Positions 47,607-57,803 of a DNA stretch of 64,000 nucleotides are shown here, one piece after another (position 1 is the stretch's first letter; every line of letters starts with the position of its first letter). The notes below the pieces were generated by a model. The model had not been told where the DNA came from and did not search any database. It worked only from the letters and a program-made list of their open reading frames with translations. The translations under genes and the position numbers were made by a program. The stretch spans positions 2,317,284 to 2,381,283 of the forward strand of contig OZ244145.1 of NCBI GenBank assembly GCA_965216245.1. Reading direction: 5' to 3'. The DNA is from Chloroflexota bacterium. Its GTDB lineage: Bacteria > Chloroflexota > UBA11872 > VXOZ01.

Positions 47607-47847
47607 GCGGCTTGAATCTAGGTTTGGAGACCCACTGCACTGCACATGACCTCTTTGCGCGGCAGGGACTAATGAGAGTTCGCTCCTGCAATTCAACGTA
47701 TCGTTTGATGTGCTGGGCGAATGTGCCAAACGGCGCTGGCAGTCCGAGGGAGATGTCCCAATGAATTACTGGAATAACGCCGTACGGTCCTCCCACTCTC
47801 TCTCCAAGGTGCGGTCTAAGAGTAGAGAAAAAGTGTGGTTGCAGGGC

Positions 47848-47877
47848 AAAGAAAAACCGGGAGGTATATCCCGGTTC
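47848..47877 (-). terminator. Intrinsic terminator
   Basis: Minus strand AACCGGGA-TATACC-TCCCGGTT followed by TTTCTTT. Confidence 0.85.
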
Positions 47878-47925
47878 ATCTTCTCTCGTTTCGATAAAGC
47901 TTATTTGACTGTCGGAGATAGGTAG

Positions 47926-48333
47926 TTAGTAAAGGGGATGGTCCTTCCGCAACCAGTTTACCGGCTCTAGGGATTCGAAAGGCTCCTCGTCATCAGCGAG
48001 ATCGGGCTCAAAATCAGTGTCGTCGTAAATCCCCTTGATCTGGTTTGAATCGAGATGCCGCATGTCTACTAAATCGTCAAAGAATCTTTCAAGCACCTTG
48101 TAACGGTCATACCATTCGCCGGGGTCTTCGAACTTCTCAGCCCATTCTGCAAAATAGATGACAACATCGCGAACCGATATTTCGTAGATTGTCTTCCGAA
48201 TACACACATAGTGGCCGAATTCTTTTAGCCATCTAATCCTCCTACCCGTCTCCGTTCGTGAGAGCCGCCTTTGATTTGCAAGATAGGAGGTATAGATACG
48301 AAGGACAGAATCCACATCGGTGCTACTCGCCAT
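47926..48333 (-). CDS. Small protein resembling a tyrosine-recombinase N-terminal core-binding (SAM-like) domain, with an acidic tail
   Basis: Y..YL...R.LS..E....I..LK.F...; I....V..YF; L..FF..L.....L.SN pattern. GAGGAGG RBS. Confidence 0.65.
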   Translation of the reverse strand: MASSTDVDSVLRIYTSYLANQRRLSRTETGRRIRWLKEFGHYVCIRKTIYEISVRDVVIYFAEWAEKFEDPGEWYDRYKVLERFFDDLVDMRHLDSNQIKGIYDDTDFEPDLADDEEPFESLEPVNWLRKDHPLY

Positions 48334-48386
48334 CTGTTGCCTCCTCACCCTGGCAGATGAATTACTTTACGCAGGACACGTCCTTA

Positions 48387-48415
48387 ATTCTAAGCGAAAT
48401 CTAAGCATTCGTCAA
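48387..48415 (-). promoter_or_regulatory. Near-consensus sigma70 promoter
   Basis: Minus strand TTGACG-17 nt-TAGAAT. TCTAAGC direct repeat with 11-bp spacing overlaps the spacer. Confidence 0.75.
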
Positions 48416-48552
48416 CCGTCTGTAGGCCGGAAATTGCCCTCAAGTTGGCTTTCCAAGGACCGTCTTCCCGTTGCAGGGATGCGTTACCGTGCTGCCTGTG
48501 TCATAGTTAATTGGAGTGTTTTGCTCACGAATGGCATTGGATAAGAGACCTG

Positions 48553-49698
48553 ATGAGTGGTATTACGGCTTCTTCGGAAGTTGAGAACGCCCCCGAGGCA
48601 AAGCCTGACGGCCCCACGTTGCCGGAGTCTCCTGAGCCGCAGCCGACCGGAATTCGCTTCTCCCGACGCACCAAAGTTGTAGTAGTAATGGTGCTTATCG
48701 GGCTTACACTTCTATTCGTGTATGGCGTACGTGCGATCATTTGGCCGTTCATTTGGGCGGCGGTGTTGGCCTATCTGTTGGCGCCGCTCGTAACATGGCT
48801 CTGCCGGCACTCGCGCCTCCATCGTTTTTGGGTGACGCTCATACTCATGGTTTTCTTCCTTGGCGGCATTGTCATGCTCTTCACGTTCGGCTACCCACCG
48901 TTGAGTCGTGAACTTGAAGGTCTCCGGCTCAGTCTACCCAGTATCGTGAGCAATCTAGAGAGTACCGTCGGCGAGTTCGCGCAAGTGGATCTTTTCGGTC
49001 TTGAGGAAGTGATCGGGACTTCCGGTGAGCTCCTTGCAGGCGTCTTGGACTCCGCCACTTCCCAGATGGTTGATGCGGCGCTCGAAATTGCGTTGCACGT
49101 GGTGGAACTCTTGCTGAAATTCCTGCTCTGTCTCTTCACTACGTTCTACCTGTTACTTGAATCGAATCGCTTTGGGGCATGGGCGCGACGCATGGTACCG
49201 GCGCCGTACCGCAACGAGATGGCGCGTCTGGGCGGTCAAATTGACCGCATGCTCGGCCGCTTCATTCGCGGTGAAGTGATGCTGGTGATCATCATGTCGG
49301 TGGCGACCTATATTGGATTGAAGCTATTGGGTATGCCTTATGCCCTTGTCTTGGCTCCCGTGGCGGGTGTGCTGGAGTTGATTCCTTTTATCGGACCGTT
49401 CATGGCGGCCACGCCGGCCGTCTTGCTCGCGCTCGTCTACCCAAGCCCCTTCGGTTGGTCGCCGGTGGTCAACGCGATTGTGGTCGCGGTCATGTATACT
49501 GTGTTGCGGCATCTTGAAGACTATCTCATCATCCCAAACGTCGTCGGTCGCTATGTGCAGCTTAACCCGGTGCTGACGATATTTGCTATTCTATCTGGCG
49601 GGGCGCTCTTCGGTATATCCGGCATGCTGCTTGCAATCCCGGCGGCAGCAATCCTCCGTATTGTGCTCAACTACCTCTATGTGAAGCTAACTACCTAG
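48553..49698 (+). CDS. AI-2E family (PerM/YhhT) transporter
   Basis: PF..A..LAY.L.P.V..L, FY.L.E, F.RG, IPFIGP, E.Y.I.P..G..V.LNP and G..G.LLAIP. Confidence 0.93.
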   Translation: MSGITASSEVENAPEAKPDGPTLPESPEPQPTGIRFSRRTKVVVVMVLIGLTLLFVYGVRAIIWPFIWAAVLAYLLAPLVTWLCRHSRLHRFWVTLILMVFFLGGIVMLFTFGYPPLSRELEGLRLSLPSIVSNLESTVGEFAQVDLFGLEEVIGTSGELLAGVLDSATSQMVDAALEIALHVVELLLKFLLCLFTTFYLLLESNRFGAWARRMVPAPYRNEMARLGGQIDRMLGRFIRGEVMLVIIMSVATYIGLKLLGMPYALVLAPVAGVLELIPFIGPFMAATPAVLLALVYPSPFGWSPVVNAIVVAVMYTVLRHLEDYLIIPNVVGRYVQLNPVLTIFAILSGGALFGISGMLLAIPAAAILRIVLNYLYVKLTT

Positions 49699-49706
49699 GC
49701 CTTCGT

Positions 49707-50243
49707 ATGCGTGTACGCCGCGCAGACCTCAGAGATATCGACGCTTGTATACGGCTCGATTCTTCCTATCAAACACAGAACGTTTGGGCTATGGAGACGC
49801 GCTGGGAAGGCAAGCGCAAGCTCTCCGGCTTCCAGGTGCGCCGCCTGCCGCGCGTGCTGACGTTGCAGCCGCCGTTAGACCCGGATGACTTGCACGCTGA
49901 TTGGCGCAACGGAGATCTCTTCTTGGTGGCAGAGGAAGAAGGCGTGATCGTGGGGTATCTGGACATGGTCTCGCCCCGGCGGCTGAGCAACGGTCTCATA
50001 CAGAGCATTGTCGTGCGGCCCGACCTGCGCCGATGCGGGGTGGGTTCCGCCTTGCTGCGCACTAGTCTAAACTGGGCCAAGCACAACCGGTTGCAAGGGC
50101 TTTGCATGGACGTGCAGTCGCGAAATTATCCGGCCATTCAGTTTTTGCACAGGAATGGGTTTGTTTATAGCGGATACAATGACCGCTACTACCCGACCCA
50201 AGACGTGGCGCTGTTCTTCGTCTACCGCCTCGGCCACACGTAG
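49707..50243 (+). CDS. GNAT family N-acetyltransferase
   Basis: V.P..RR.GVGS.LL acetyl-CoA motif; N.PAI.F....GF. Confidence 0.9.
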   Translation: MRVRRADLRDIDACIRLDSSYQTQNVWAMETRWEGKRKLSGFQVRRLPRVLTLQPPLDPDDLHADWRNGDLFLVAEEEGVIVGYLDMVSPRRLSNGLIQSIVVRPDLRRCGVGSALLRTSLNWAKHNRLQGLCMDVQSRNYPAIQFLHRNGFVYSGYNDRYYPTQDVALFFVYRLGHT

Positions 50244-50355
50244 AGAATAGTGGCCGGTTGGGAAACCGGGGTCCGGGTGCGGAGAGAATTGCGGGTTGGT
50301 CACGAATAACTAATGTCGTTTGCGATCTTGCAGCCGCGGCTGAGGAGCGAATTGC

Positions 50356-51690
50356 TTGGTGAATGACGAGAAGACGGTAAATATCGGCTTGATGGGCCTG
50401 GGGGTGGTAGGCAGCGGTGTGCTGCGCATCATCCACGAGAAGGCCCGCATGCTGGCGATGGCAACGGGTCGTGATCTCCGGGTCAAGAAGATCCTGGTAC
50501 GGGAGAAGGCGAAGATTCGGGGGGTCGACGTGGAGCCCGCGATGCTAACCACCAATCCCAGCGATATCTTGGACGATCCGACGATTCACATCGTGATCGA
50601 ACTGATAGGCGGCGTTGAACCGGCGTATACATACGCCAAACGCGCAATCCAGGCCGGCAAGCACTTGGTCACGGGCAACAAGGACGTGATGGCAATGCAC
50701 GGGCCGGAACTCCTGCGCCTTGCCAGCGAACAGAACGTCGACATCTACTATGAAGCGAGTGTCGGCGGCGGCATTCCTCTGATCGGCTCGTTTCGTTCAG
50801 ACCTTGTGGCGAATGAGATTCGCGAAATCTATGCCATTATCAACGGCACGACGAACTATGTCTTAACGCGCATGTCGCGCGAAGGCGCGGCACTGTCTGA
50901 GGTGCTGGCGGCAGCGCAGGACTTGGGCTACGCGGAAGCCGATCCAACGAAGGACGTGGAGGGTATCGACGCGGCATTCAAGCTTGCAATCTTGGCGTCG
51001 CTTGCATTCCATACAGAGGTCGACCCCGCTGCTATCTATCGCCAAGGCATCATGCAACTTGAACCGGCGGACTTCCGCTACGCGCAGGACCTTGGCTACG
51101 TCATCAAGCTTCTTGCTCTCGCGCGACAGGACGACGTCGCGCCGTTGGGGCGTGTGCGCTATGAGGCGTCGGTCTACCCCGCGCTGGTGCCCCAGGACGC
51201 CCCACTTGCCAGCGTTGACGGTGTGTATAATGCAGTGTACGTAGTGGGCGATTTGGTGGGAAACGTGATGTTCTATGGCCGCGGCGCGGGATCGGAGCCG
51301 ACAGCCAGCGCCATTGTCGCCGACGTCATCGACGTGGCCCACAATATTATTAGCGGCGTAACCAACCGCGTTCCTTATACCATCGATTCCACCAAGACAA
51401 TGAAGCCGATAGATGAGATCGAAACCCGATACTACTTTCGACTGTGGGTTGCCGATCGGCCGGGAGTGCTTGCCAAGATTGCGACTATCTGCGGAGAACA
51501 TCGCATTAGCATTGCTTCCGTGATCCAGAAAGAGGCAGACCCGGTCAACCAGACTGCTGAGCTCGTGTTTACTACCCACGATGCATTTGAGCGGGCAATG
51601 CAGGCTGCCGTGCAAGACATTGCAGCGCTGGACGTGGTGGCGAGGGTAGCGGGCTTCCTGCGCATTGTGGACGTGGGCGGGTCAGCGTGA
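50356..51690 (+). CDS. hom: Homoserine dehydrogenase with a C-terminal ACT domain
   Basis: GLGVVG, VTGNK, YEASVGGGIP, NGTTNY, GYAEADP..DVEG.DAA.K, G.GAG..PTASA, DRPGVL. Confidence 0.96.
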   Translation: MVNDEKTVNIGLMGLGVVGSGVLRIIHEKARMLAMATGRDLRVKKILVREKAKIRGVDVEPAMLTTNPSDILDDPTIHIVIELIGGVEPAYTYAKRAIQAGKHLVTGNKDVMAMHGPELLRLASEQNVDIYYEASVGGGIPLIGSFRSDLVANEIREIYAIINGTTNYVLTRMSREGAALSEVLAAAQDLGYAEADPTKDVEGIDAAFKLAILASLAFHTEVDPAAIYRQGIMQLEPADFRYAQDLGYVIKLLALARQDDVAPLGRVRYEASVYPALVPQDAPLASVDGVYNAVYVVGDLVGNVMFYGRGAGSEPTASAIVADVIDVAHNIISGVTNRVPYTIDSTKTMKPIDEIETRYYFRLWVADRPGVLAKIATICGEHRISIASVIQKEADPVNQTAELVFTTHDAFERAMQAAVQDIAALDVVARVAGFLRIVDVGGSA

Positions 51691-51795
51691 GCACCGGTGT
51701 AAGGGCACGAGAGGGAGAATGTGGACGATTGTCGCGAAAGCGCTGCACCGTCCATTGCGGCGAAGAACGCTCCGGCGTATTCGGAAGTAGGGAGT

Positions 51796-52881
51796 ATGGA
51801 TAGCCCCGGTTCAAACAATACAGCGCCTGCCGGTCGGAACTTGCTAGCTCACTACCGTGAGTATCTTCCGATTACGGAACGGACTCCGCTCATCAGCCGC
51901 GGCGAGGGCTTCACCCCGCTGGTCCGCGCCCATGCTCTAGAGAAGCGCGTGGGGTGCGCCGAGCTATGGTTGAAACTGGAAGGCTGCAACCCGACCGGTT
52001 CATTCAAGGACCGCGGCATGGTGATGGCCGTGGCAAAGGCGCTGGAGGAAGGCGCGGAGGCGATCATGTGCGCCTCCACCGGCAACACCAGCGCGGCCGC
52101 AGCCGCGTACGCCGCCGCTGCGCAGATCAAGGCGGTAGTAGTGGTGTCACAGGGGAAGATTGCCTTAGGCAAACTTGCCCAGGCGCTGATCTATGGCGCG
52201 GTGGTCATCGGCATTGACGGCACCTTCGACGACGCCTTGAAGATCGTGCGTGAAATTACGGCACGCAATCCCATTACGGTGGTCAACTCCATCAACCCCT
52301 ATAGGCTCCAAGGACAGAAGACGGCTGCTTTCGAATGCAGCGACGTGCTGGGCGACGCACCGGATATTCTGGCCGTCCCGGTCGGAAACGCGGGCAACAT
52401 CACGAGCTACTGGATGGGCTATCGGGAGTACCGCCGGGCGGGCAAGACAACGCGTCTGCCGCGCATGTGGGGCTTTGAAGCGGAGGGTGCGGCCGCTATC
52501 GTGGAGAACCGCCCGATTGAAAACCCCGATACCGTGGCGTCGGCGCTGCGTATCGGCAACCCGGCCAACTGGCAACGCGCCGTGCGCGCCCGCGACGACT
52601 CCGGCGGTCTGATCGCAACGGTGAGCGATCCCCAGATTTTGGAGGCCTACCAACTCCTGGCAGAACGAGAAGGTGTCTTTGCCGAACCCGCGTCAGCGGC
52701 TTCTGTGGCCGGCGTCCTCAAGATGGCCGCTGCAGGCGAGGTAAAACCCACCGACCAGATCGTCTGCGTGCTCACAGGCCACGGTCTCAAGGACCCCCAA
52801 ATCGCCTTGGACGTCGCAAAAGACGTGATTCCCGCCCCCAATGACGTGCGCGAGATCGAGAAGATTCTCGCCCTGCGGTAG
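51796..52881 (+). CDS. thrC: Threonine synthase
   Basis: [44 protein letters not shown]; follows hom. Confidence 0.96.
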   Translation: MDSPGSNNTAPAGRNLLAHYREYLPITERTPLISRGEGFTPLVRAHALEKRVGCAELWLKLEGCNPTGSFKDRGMVMAVAKALEEGAEAIMCASTGNTSAAAAAYAAAAQIKAVVVVSQGKIALGKLAQALIYGAVVIGIDGTFDDALKIVREITARNPITVVNSINPYRLQGQKTAAFECSDVLGDAPDILAVPVGNAGNITSYWMGYREYRRAGKTTRLPRMWGFEAEGAAAIVENRPIENPDTVASALRIGNPANWQRAVRARDDSGGLIATVSDPQILEAYQLLAEREGVFAEPASAASVAGVLKMAAAGEVKPTDQIVCVLTGHGLKDPQIALDVAKDVIPAPNDVREIEKILALR

Positions 52882-53600
52882 TTGCGGACAGGCTAGCGCG
52901 GGCAGCGGACCCTAATGACTATCGGATATTAGGCATTTCGAAGCTCAAAGGGTCCGCCAAACTGGACTAAATCAAGACTCTTCACGACTATGTCCACTCT
53001 GACGATTTGGGCAGCCTCCTGACCTACATCTACCGGCGGAGGAACTCCGCGGGGAAGCGAGCGTTTAGCTTTCCGGTAACAAGTGGAGTTTCCAGGCCCC
53101 TGCCGTTTCAGCGGGCTCTTTTCGTATGTGGCGGCCGGCCATTGTTCGTGGTGCGGCGAGGCAGCTTGTCCCGAGAGCAGGATTCCAGTCGACCTGGTTA
53201 ATCTAGGATCCTCTTCTGAAATTCTAGCTTCTGCCATCCAGGCTTTCCTGTATGGATTGGAGGATAAGGCTTATAGCTGGGCTAGTAGGACTTCTGACGG
53301 GAATCCTAGCGCTAGGCGTGGTGGCGGGAATGTTCGGGATGGATGCGAGGATCGAGCGTGTTGCGGTGTAAACAAGGATTGGGCGACTAGCATCGTGCAT
53401 TGTAGCGGTCGCGATCTATCCTCTGGGCCGGGTTTCTCGGCGGTCAAGTTGTTGGCTCCGGAACAGGCATGGTAAGGATAGTCGACCAGGTGGGCAGGTG
53501 GCTGAATGCTACATAGTCCGGTATGAGCGGTGAGAGGCTGAGGTTGCCTTGCCATCGGCAGAGTCTTACTTGAATGTAAACAGGCCTTAGTTGAGCCTTC

Positions 53601-54977
53601 ATGTCTCAAGAGCAATTCATCCTGTCCGACTGGGTCGATAGACTGGCACTTTGCTTGCAGGACCTCGTAAGTTACGAGAGGTCGCTGGAAAGCGAGCTCT
53701 TGATCTTGCGGCACCGGGGCGAGATGGCGTTAGGTCTACCGGGAAGGTTCCGCGACGATTCCAAGAACAGTATTCTGGAACGAGTTTCAGGGTACTCATT
53801 GTTCGCCCACAGGGAGTCACGCTCAAATTCTGAGTATCGGCAGACTGTATCCCAGAAACTGAGTACCTTACTGGAGGTCTTGCTTGAGCATCCAACAATT
53901 AGGGATGCTGCTGATACGTCGGATGAAGAATGGGTCCTGGGTCTCGACCTAGCCGTATCACGCATATCTGACCATCAGATGTTCTTCATGTTGCAGGGTC
54001 TGGTCGACCATGCCCTTGAGCATACTCCCCAGACAACTGCCAGTGCCCTGGCTGAGATGATGCTCAAGGGCGAAAACCATGACCTCAGTTCATACTCAAT
54101 ACTTCTCTTCCGTGGTTTGCACGTCGAACGAAGGCACGACTTCCAGGGAGGCCTGTCGGTCATTTCATTTGAAGAAGCGCGGCAATACCTGTCAGATTCC
54201 ATGGCTCAATCCTTGGTCGAAGAAGGCACCGATGTCGGTCGTGAACCACTAGGCGCTGTGGTTTCCGAGGTAAAATGGGGACCTGCGATTGTCCCTGCCG
54301 GTTACGACATGAAGGCAAACTGGCCTGATAGGTCTAAGACCTTTCGTGATGATGCGCTCCTGTTGGTAGACCTCCTGGCGGTGACTCATGGACTGCCAGT
54401 GGTCAGTACAGGAAGGCATACAAAGGTTGTGGAGCGCCAGGTCGAGCATCTTGTAGGTCGGATCCCATTGTTCCGCTCCTGGATGCTTCGTGATCTCTCG
54501 GGTGTTGACACATCAAATGTAAACTCTTCCACCACTCCTACTGTTTCCGAAGATCGATTGTCGGACTGTGCCCAGTTGCTTTCCAAGATGGACAAAGACG
54601 ACGTCATATTGAGATTGGCCTTGTCGCGGCTCTCCTCATCACTGTCTCGGATAGGAATGCATGCGGCCTTTGACAGGATAATTGACGTGGCAATTGCGCT
54701 CGAGGTCATGCACCAGCTGGACGCGTCACGAGGGAAAGGCAGTCAGCTTTCTCGCCGTGCCCGAAATCTCGTCGGACAGAATCGCAAAGACAGGAATTGG
54801 ATTAGGAGAACTGCTGAATCCATATTCAAAATGCGCAACGACATTGCGCACGGGAGACTGCCAGAAGACACATCTCAAGCCCACCTAGATGGCCTAGAGT
54901 TGGCCCGTCGAACGCTGGCCCATCTGGTCCGCTGTGGTCGACCCTCTGATTGGGAGAAGCCTAATTGCAGCAACTAA
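53601..54977 (+). CDS. ApeA-like HEPN domain protein (putative RNase/defence)
   Basis: C-terminal DR.ID..IALE...L..R...L.....R..I......Y/F..RNDIAHG with an intact RxxxxH motif. Codon usage atypical for this window. Confidence 0.7.
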   Translation: MSQEQFILSDWVDRLALCLQDLVSYERSLESELLILRHRGEMALGLPGRFRDDSKNSILERVSGYSLFAHRESRSNSEYRQTVSQKLSTLLEVLLEHPTIRDAADTSDEEWVLGLDLAVSRISDHQMFFMLQGLVDHALEHTPQTTASALAEMMLKGENHDLSSYSILLFRGLHVERRHDFQGGLSVISFEEARQYLSDSMAQSLVEEGTDVGREPLGAVVSEVKWGPAIVPAGYDMKANWPDRSKTFRDDALLLVDLLAVTHGLPVVSTGRHTKVVERQVEHLVGRIPLFRSWMLRDLSGVDTSNVNSSTTPTVSEDRLSDCAQLLSKMDKDDVILRLALSRLSSSLSRIGMHAAFDRIIDVAIALEVMHQLDASRGKGSQLSRRARNLVGQNRKDRNWIRRTAESIFKMRNDIAHGRLPEDTSQAHLDGLELARRTLAHLVRCGRPSDWEKPNCSN

Positions 54978-55167
54978 GGCCGAAAGCAGAAACGGGCCTG
55001 ACCGCCACCACTGCGCTGCTCATTGATTAAAGGCGACTCCCGAGCATAGCCTAACTAAGGGAGCAGTTGGCGGCAGCAGTGCGGCTGTGATCTGGTCGTG
55101 GCATAGTCGAGCCATTGCAAGAGCTAAGCCAATTTGACCGCAGCAATCGGATAACTGTTATGTTCAC

Positions 55168-56427
55168 CTAGCACGAGAGCTGTTCTTTCCGCACGTCGTC
55201 GCGGTTTGCTTCGCTCGTGCGGCCCATGGCGCGGTATATTTGGGCGCGGATACTATAGACATCGCGCTCATTGGGGCCGGATTCCGCCGCGGCATTGGCG
55301 TCGGCCAGCGCCGCATCCAGCCGGTTCTTGGCGAAGTAGACCTTGGCACGCCCCACGTAGGCCCAGCTTGCATTGTCGCTCAGTTGCAGGGCTCTGTCGG
55401 CGTCGGATTCCGCCGCATCGAGGTCGCCTAGGCCGATCCGAGCCAACGAGCGGGTGTCGTAGCACTCCGCGCATTCGTCGTCGAGTTCAATTGACTTGTT
55501 CGCGTCTTCCAGGGCCTTCTCATACTCGCCTGCCTTGGCGTAGGCCCAAGCGCGCGCGTTGTAGCCGAAACTAAACTCCGGCGCCATGTTTATCTCCTGC
55601 GTCGCGTCGGTTATAGCATTCTCGTACTGCTCGAGTGCGAGGTAAACGGCAATACGCGCCCGATAAGCGCCGGGGGCAGTTGGCACCATTTCCGTTACCA
55701 CGTTGGCATCCGCCAGTGCGTTCATACAGGAACCAACCTTTATACCTAAAAACGCCCGCACGAGGTACAATTCCGGTTGGGTTGGATCGAGGAGTATTGC
55801 TTCATCGGCGTCCTCGAGCGCTCTTTGGTAGTCTCCCATCGCCTGGTAGATCTTCGACCGTGTCAGATAGCGGTGGGCGGATTCGGAATCTAGAGAGATC
55901 GCGTAGCTGGCGTCGTCCAATGCCGGTTCCAGATCGTCCTGCAGCAGATAGACGTTGGCGCGCAGGCCGTAAGCATCGACCATACCGGGATCGGCCTCGA
56001 TGAGTGTGTCGAGATCCTCCAGAGCCTTGCTAAAGCGTTCCAACTGTACCGCCACGATCGCACGGAGAAAGCGGTACCTTGGCTCTTCGCCGTTCAGCTC
56101 TACGGCGCTGTCCAATTCCCGCATGGCGCCGTTGAAATCGGCTTCTTGGATGTATTCAAGCGAGCGATTGAAGTGCTCTTGCGCTGCCGCTTCCGTCCCA
56201 CCGCGCATATTGGCGACTGTTTGTTGTTGCAGGGGTTGTATGAAGCGAGGGTAGATTACGAAGGCAATCAGAGCCACGACTGCGATTATGCCGACAACGA
56301 CAATGCCGAGGGTACGCTCGCGCTGGGTCTTTCGCCTAGAATCTATATCTTCCGTGTCCGCGTCTTGCGGGCCGCGCACAGGCCTGACGTCATCTTCATT
56401 CTTGTCTGGGGGGTCTTGCTCGCTCAT
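55168..56427 (-). CDS. Membrane-anchored tetratricopeptide repeat protein
   Basis: Single TM followed by about 10 TPR units (AY..R......G.Y..AL.D...AI.L.P). Confidence 0.92.
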   Translation of the reverse strand: MSEQDPPDKNEDDVRPVRGPQDADTEDIDSRRKTQRERTLGIVVVGIIAVVALIAFVIYPRFIQPLQQQTVANMRGGTEAAAQEHFNRSLEYIQEADFNGAMRELDSAVELNGEEPRYRFLRAIVAVQLERFSKALEDLDTLIEADPGMVDAYGLRANVYLLQDDLEPALDDASYAISLDSESAHRYLTRSKIYQAMGDYQRALEDADEAILLDPTQPELYLVRAFLGIKVGSCMNALADANVVTEMVPTAPGAYRARIAVYLALEQYENAITDATQEINMAPEFSFGYNARAWAYAKAGEYEKALEDANKSIELDDECAECYDTRSLARIGLGDLDAAESDADRALQLSDNASWAYVGRAKVYFAKNRLDAALADANAAAESGPNERDVYSIRAQIYRAMGRTSEANRDDVRKEQLSC

Positions 56428-56466
56428 AGTATCCTCCACGTCATCGTGATAGGAACCGCGCCGTTG

Positions 56467-57360
56467 TCATTCTCTTGCTATTTTAGGAAATTCTACCCAC
56501 GAGGTCACGTCCAGGCCGCAGTTGGCGGCTTGACCGATGCGCACGTCGCCATAGGCGCTGATAAGCATGAATCCTTCGTGGTAAGGCACGTGCAATTCGC
56601 GAGACAGAAGAGCGGACATGTCGGCCACGGCTTCTCGGGTGGCGATCTCCAGAGTCTCGCCGTGCCCGTAGGTGATCCAGGATTCATCCGTCTCCCACCA
56701 TACCTTTTCCCAGCCGGCATCTTTGACGACATCAATTTGCACCGTAACGTCGGAGGAGATTTCGATTGCGCCGCCGCTGGATTCCGCATCACCCATAGCG
56801 GCGTGTACGTCCCCCAGGCCGAACTGCGCGCCCGGCACCCACACCGGCAGGTGCACCACCGTGCCTTCCTTGATGCTGTTGCAGTCCATATTGCTCCCGT
56901 TGATGTCGGGGTCGGCGGTAAAGACCACTCGATCGGGCAGCGCGGTGCCCACCACGCCGACCATGGGACGCGCCGGCAGGCGAATGCCGTTATCCATGAC
57001 GAGCGTATTGTCTTCCACGTCCACAATTATAATCGCCGGTGACTCTGCCGCATCGGCCAGAATGCCGGACCCCGGTGTAAAGCGCAAAATGCCGGGGGCC
57101 ACCAACGCGATGTGCTCGATGCGAACATTGAGTCCGTCTCCAGGCATAGCGCCGCGTACAGTGACCGGTCCGCAGGCGGGATTCGACTCATGGGTCTTGC
57201 GCACGGAGAGGTAGTAGTCCAGGTCTTCACGCCGCTTGATCCGACCGGTCGATGAATCGTGGGTTTCAAGCGTGAGTCGGTCGCCGGACTCGATCTCAGC
57301 TATCGCCGGGAAGTCTTTATCGAAGCTATACGTATAGTGCTCACGTGCGATCCGCAGCAT
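56467..57360 (-). CDS. Acetamidase/formamidase family protein
   Basis: NP..GPV.V.GA.PGD.L.V.I, PM.GV.G, G.NMD, LPV...GA...LGD.HA.MGD.E....IE. Confidence 0.9.
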   Translation of the reverse strand: MLRIAREHYTYSFDKDFPAIAEIESGDRLTLETHDSSTGRIKRREDLDYYLSVRKTHESNPACGPVTVRGAMPGDGLNVRIEHIALVAPGILRFTPGSGILADAAESPAIIIVDVEDNTLVMDNGIRLPARPMVGVVGTALPDRVVFTADPDINGSNMDCNSIKEGTVVHLPVWVPGAQFGLGDVHAAMGDAESSGGAIEISSDVTVQIDVVKDAGWEKVWWETDESWITYGHGETLEIATREAVADMSALLSRELHVPYHEGFMLISAYGDVRIGQAANCGLDVTSWVEFPKIARE

Positions 57361-57803
57361 CGTTCGCCTTTCATTGCCGATCAAGGTGTCCCAAGGTCCG
57401 TTGGTACAGCCAAATTGCATTCTTCAATGGGGACAATAGCACAGATTCTTACTCTATGCCTACCGCTATGCATCGTTCTGCGCTGGACCGGCACGGGGTG
57501 GGAGGCGTGTTTGTCGCTCTTTGTGCGGCTTGTCTACCATTGGCGGCGAAGTAGCGGCTGCCTGCCGGTAGTCGGCCGTTGCTGCAGATTTCGATTGAGA
57601 AGGAGCAGTCACAATGGCAAGTAAGATTTGCCATGATTTCCCGCACGGGCGCAGGCTTGCGGGACAACACGCGTGTCTTGCAGACTCCCGTCGCTGTGTG
57701 TCGCCTTCCCTCTGCTAATGGGACTCAAAGCATCTCCTCGCTACGTCGCGTGGTATAATACAGGCAATAAGCTAACTGATTGACACTCAAAGAAGGACAA
57801 TAT

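Noticed and set aside
50244-50355. T-box or riboswitch leader for hom-thrC
   Set aside because: Only about 110 nt with one small hairpin (CCGGTT-GGGA-AACCGG); no T-box motif or terminator.
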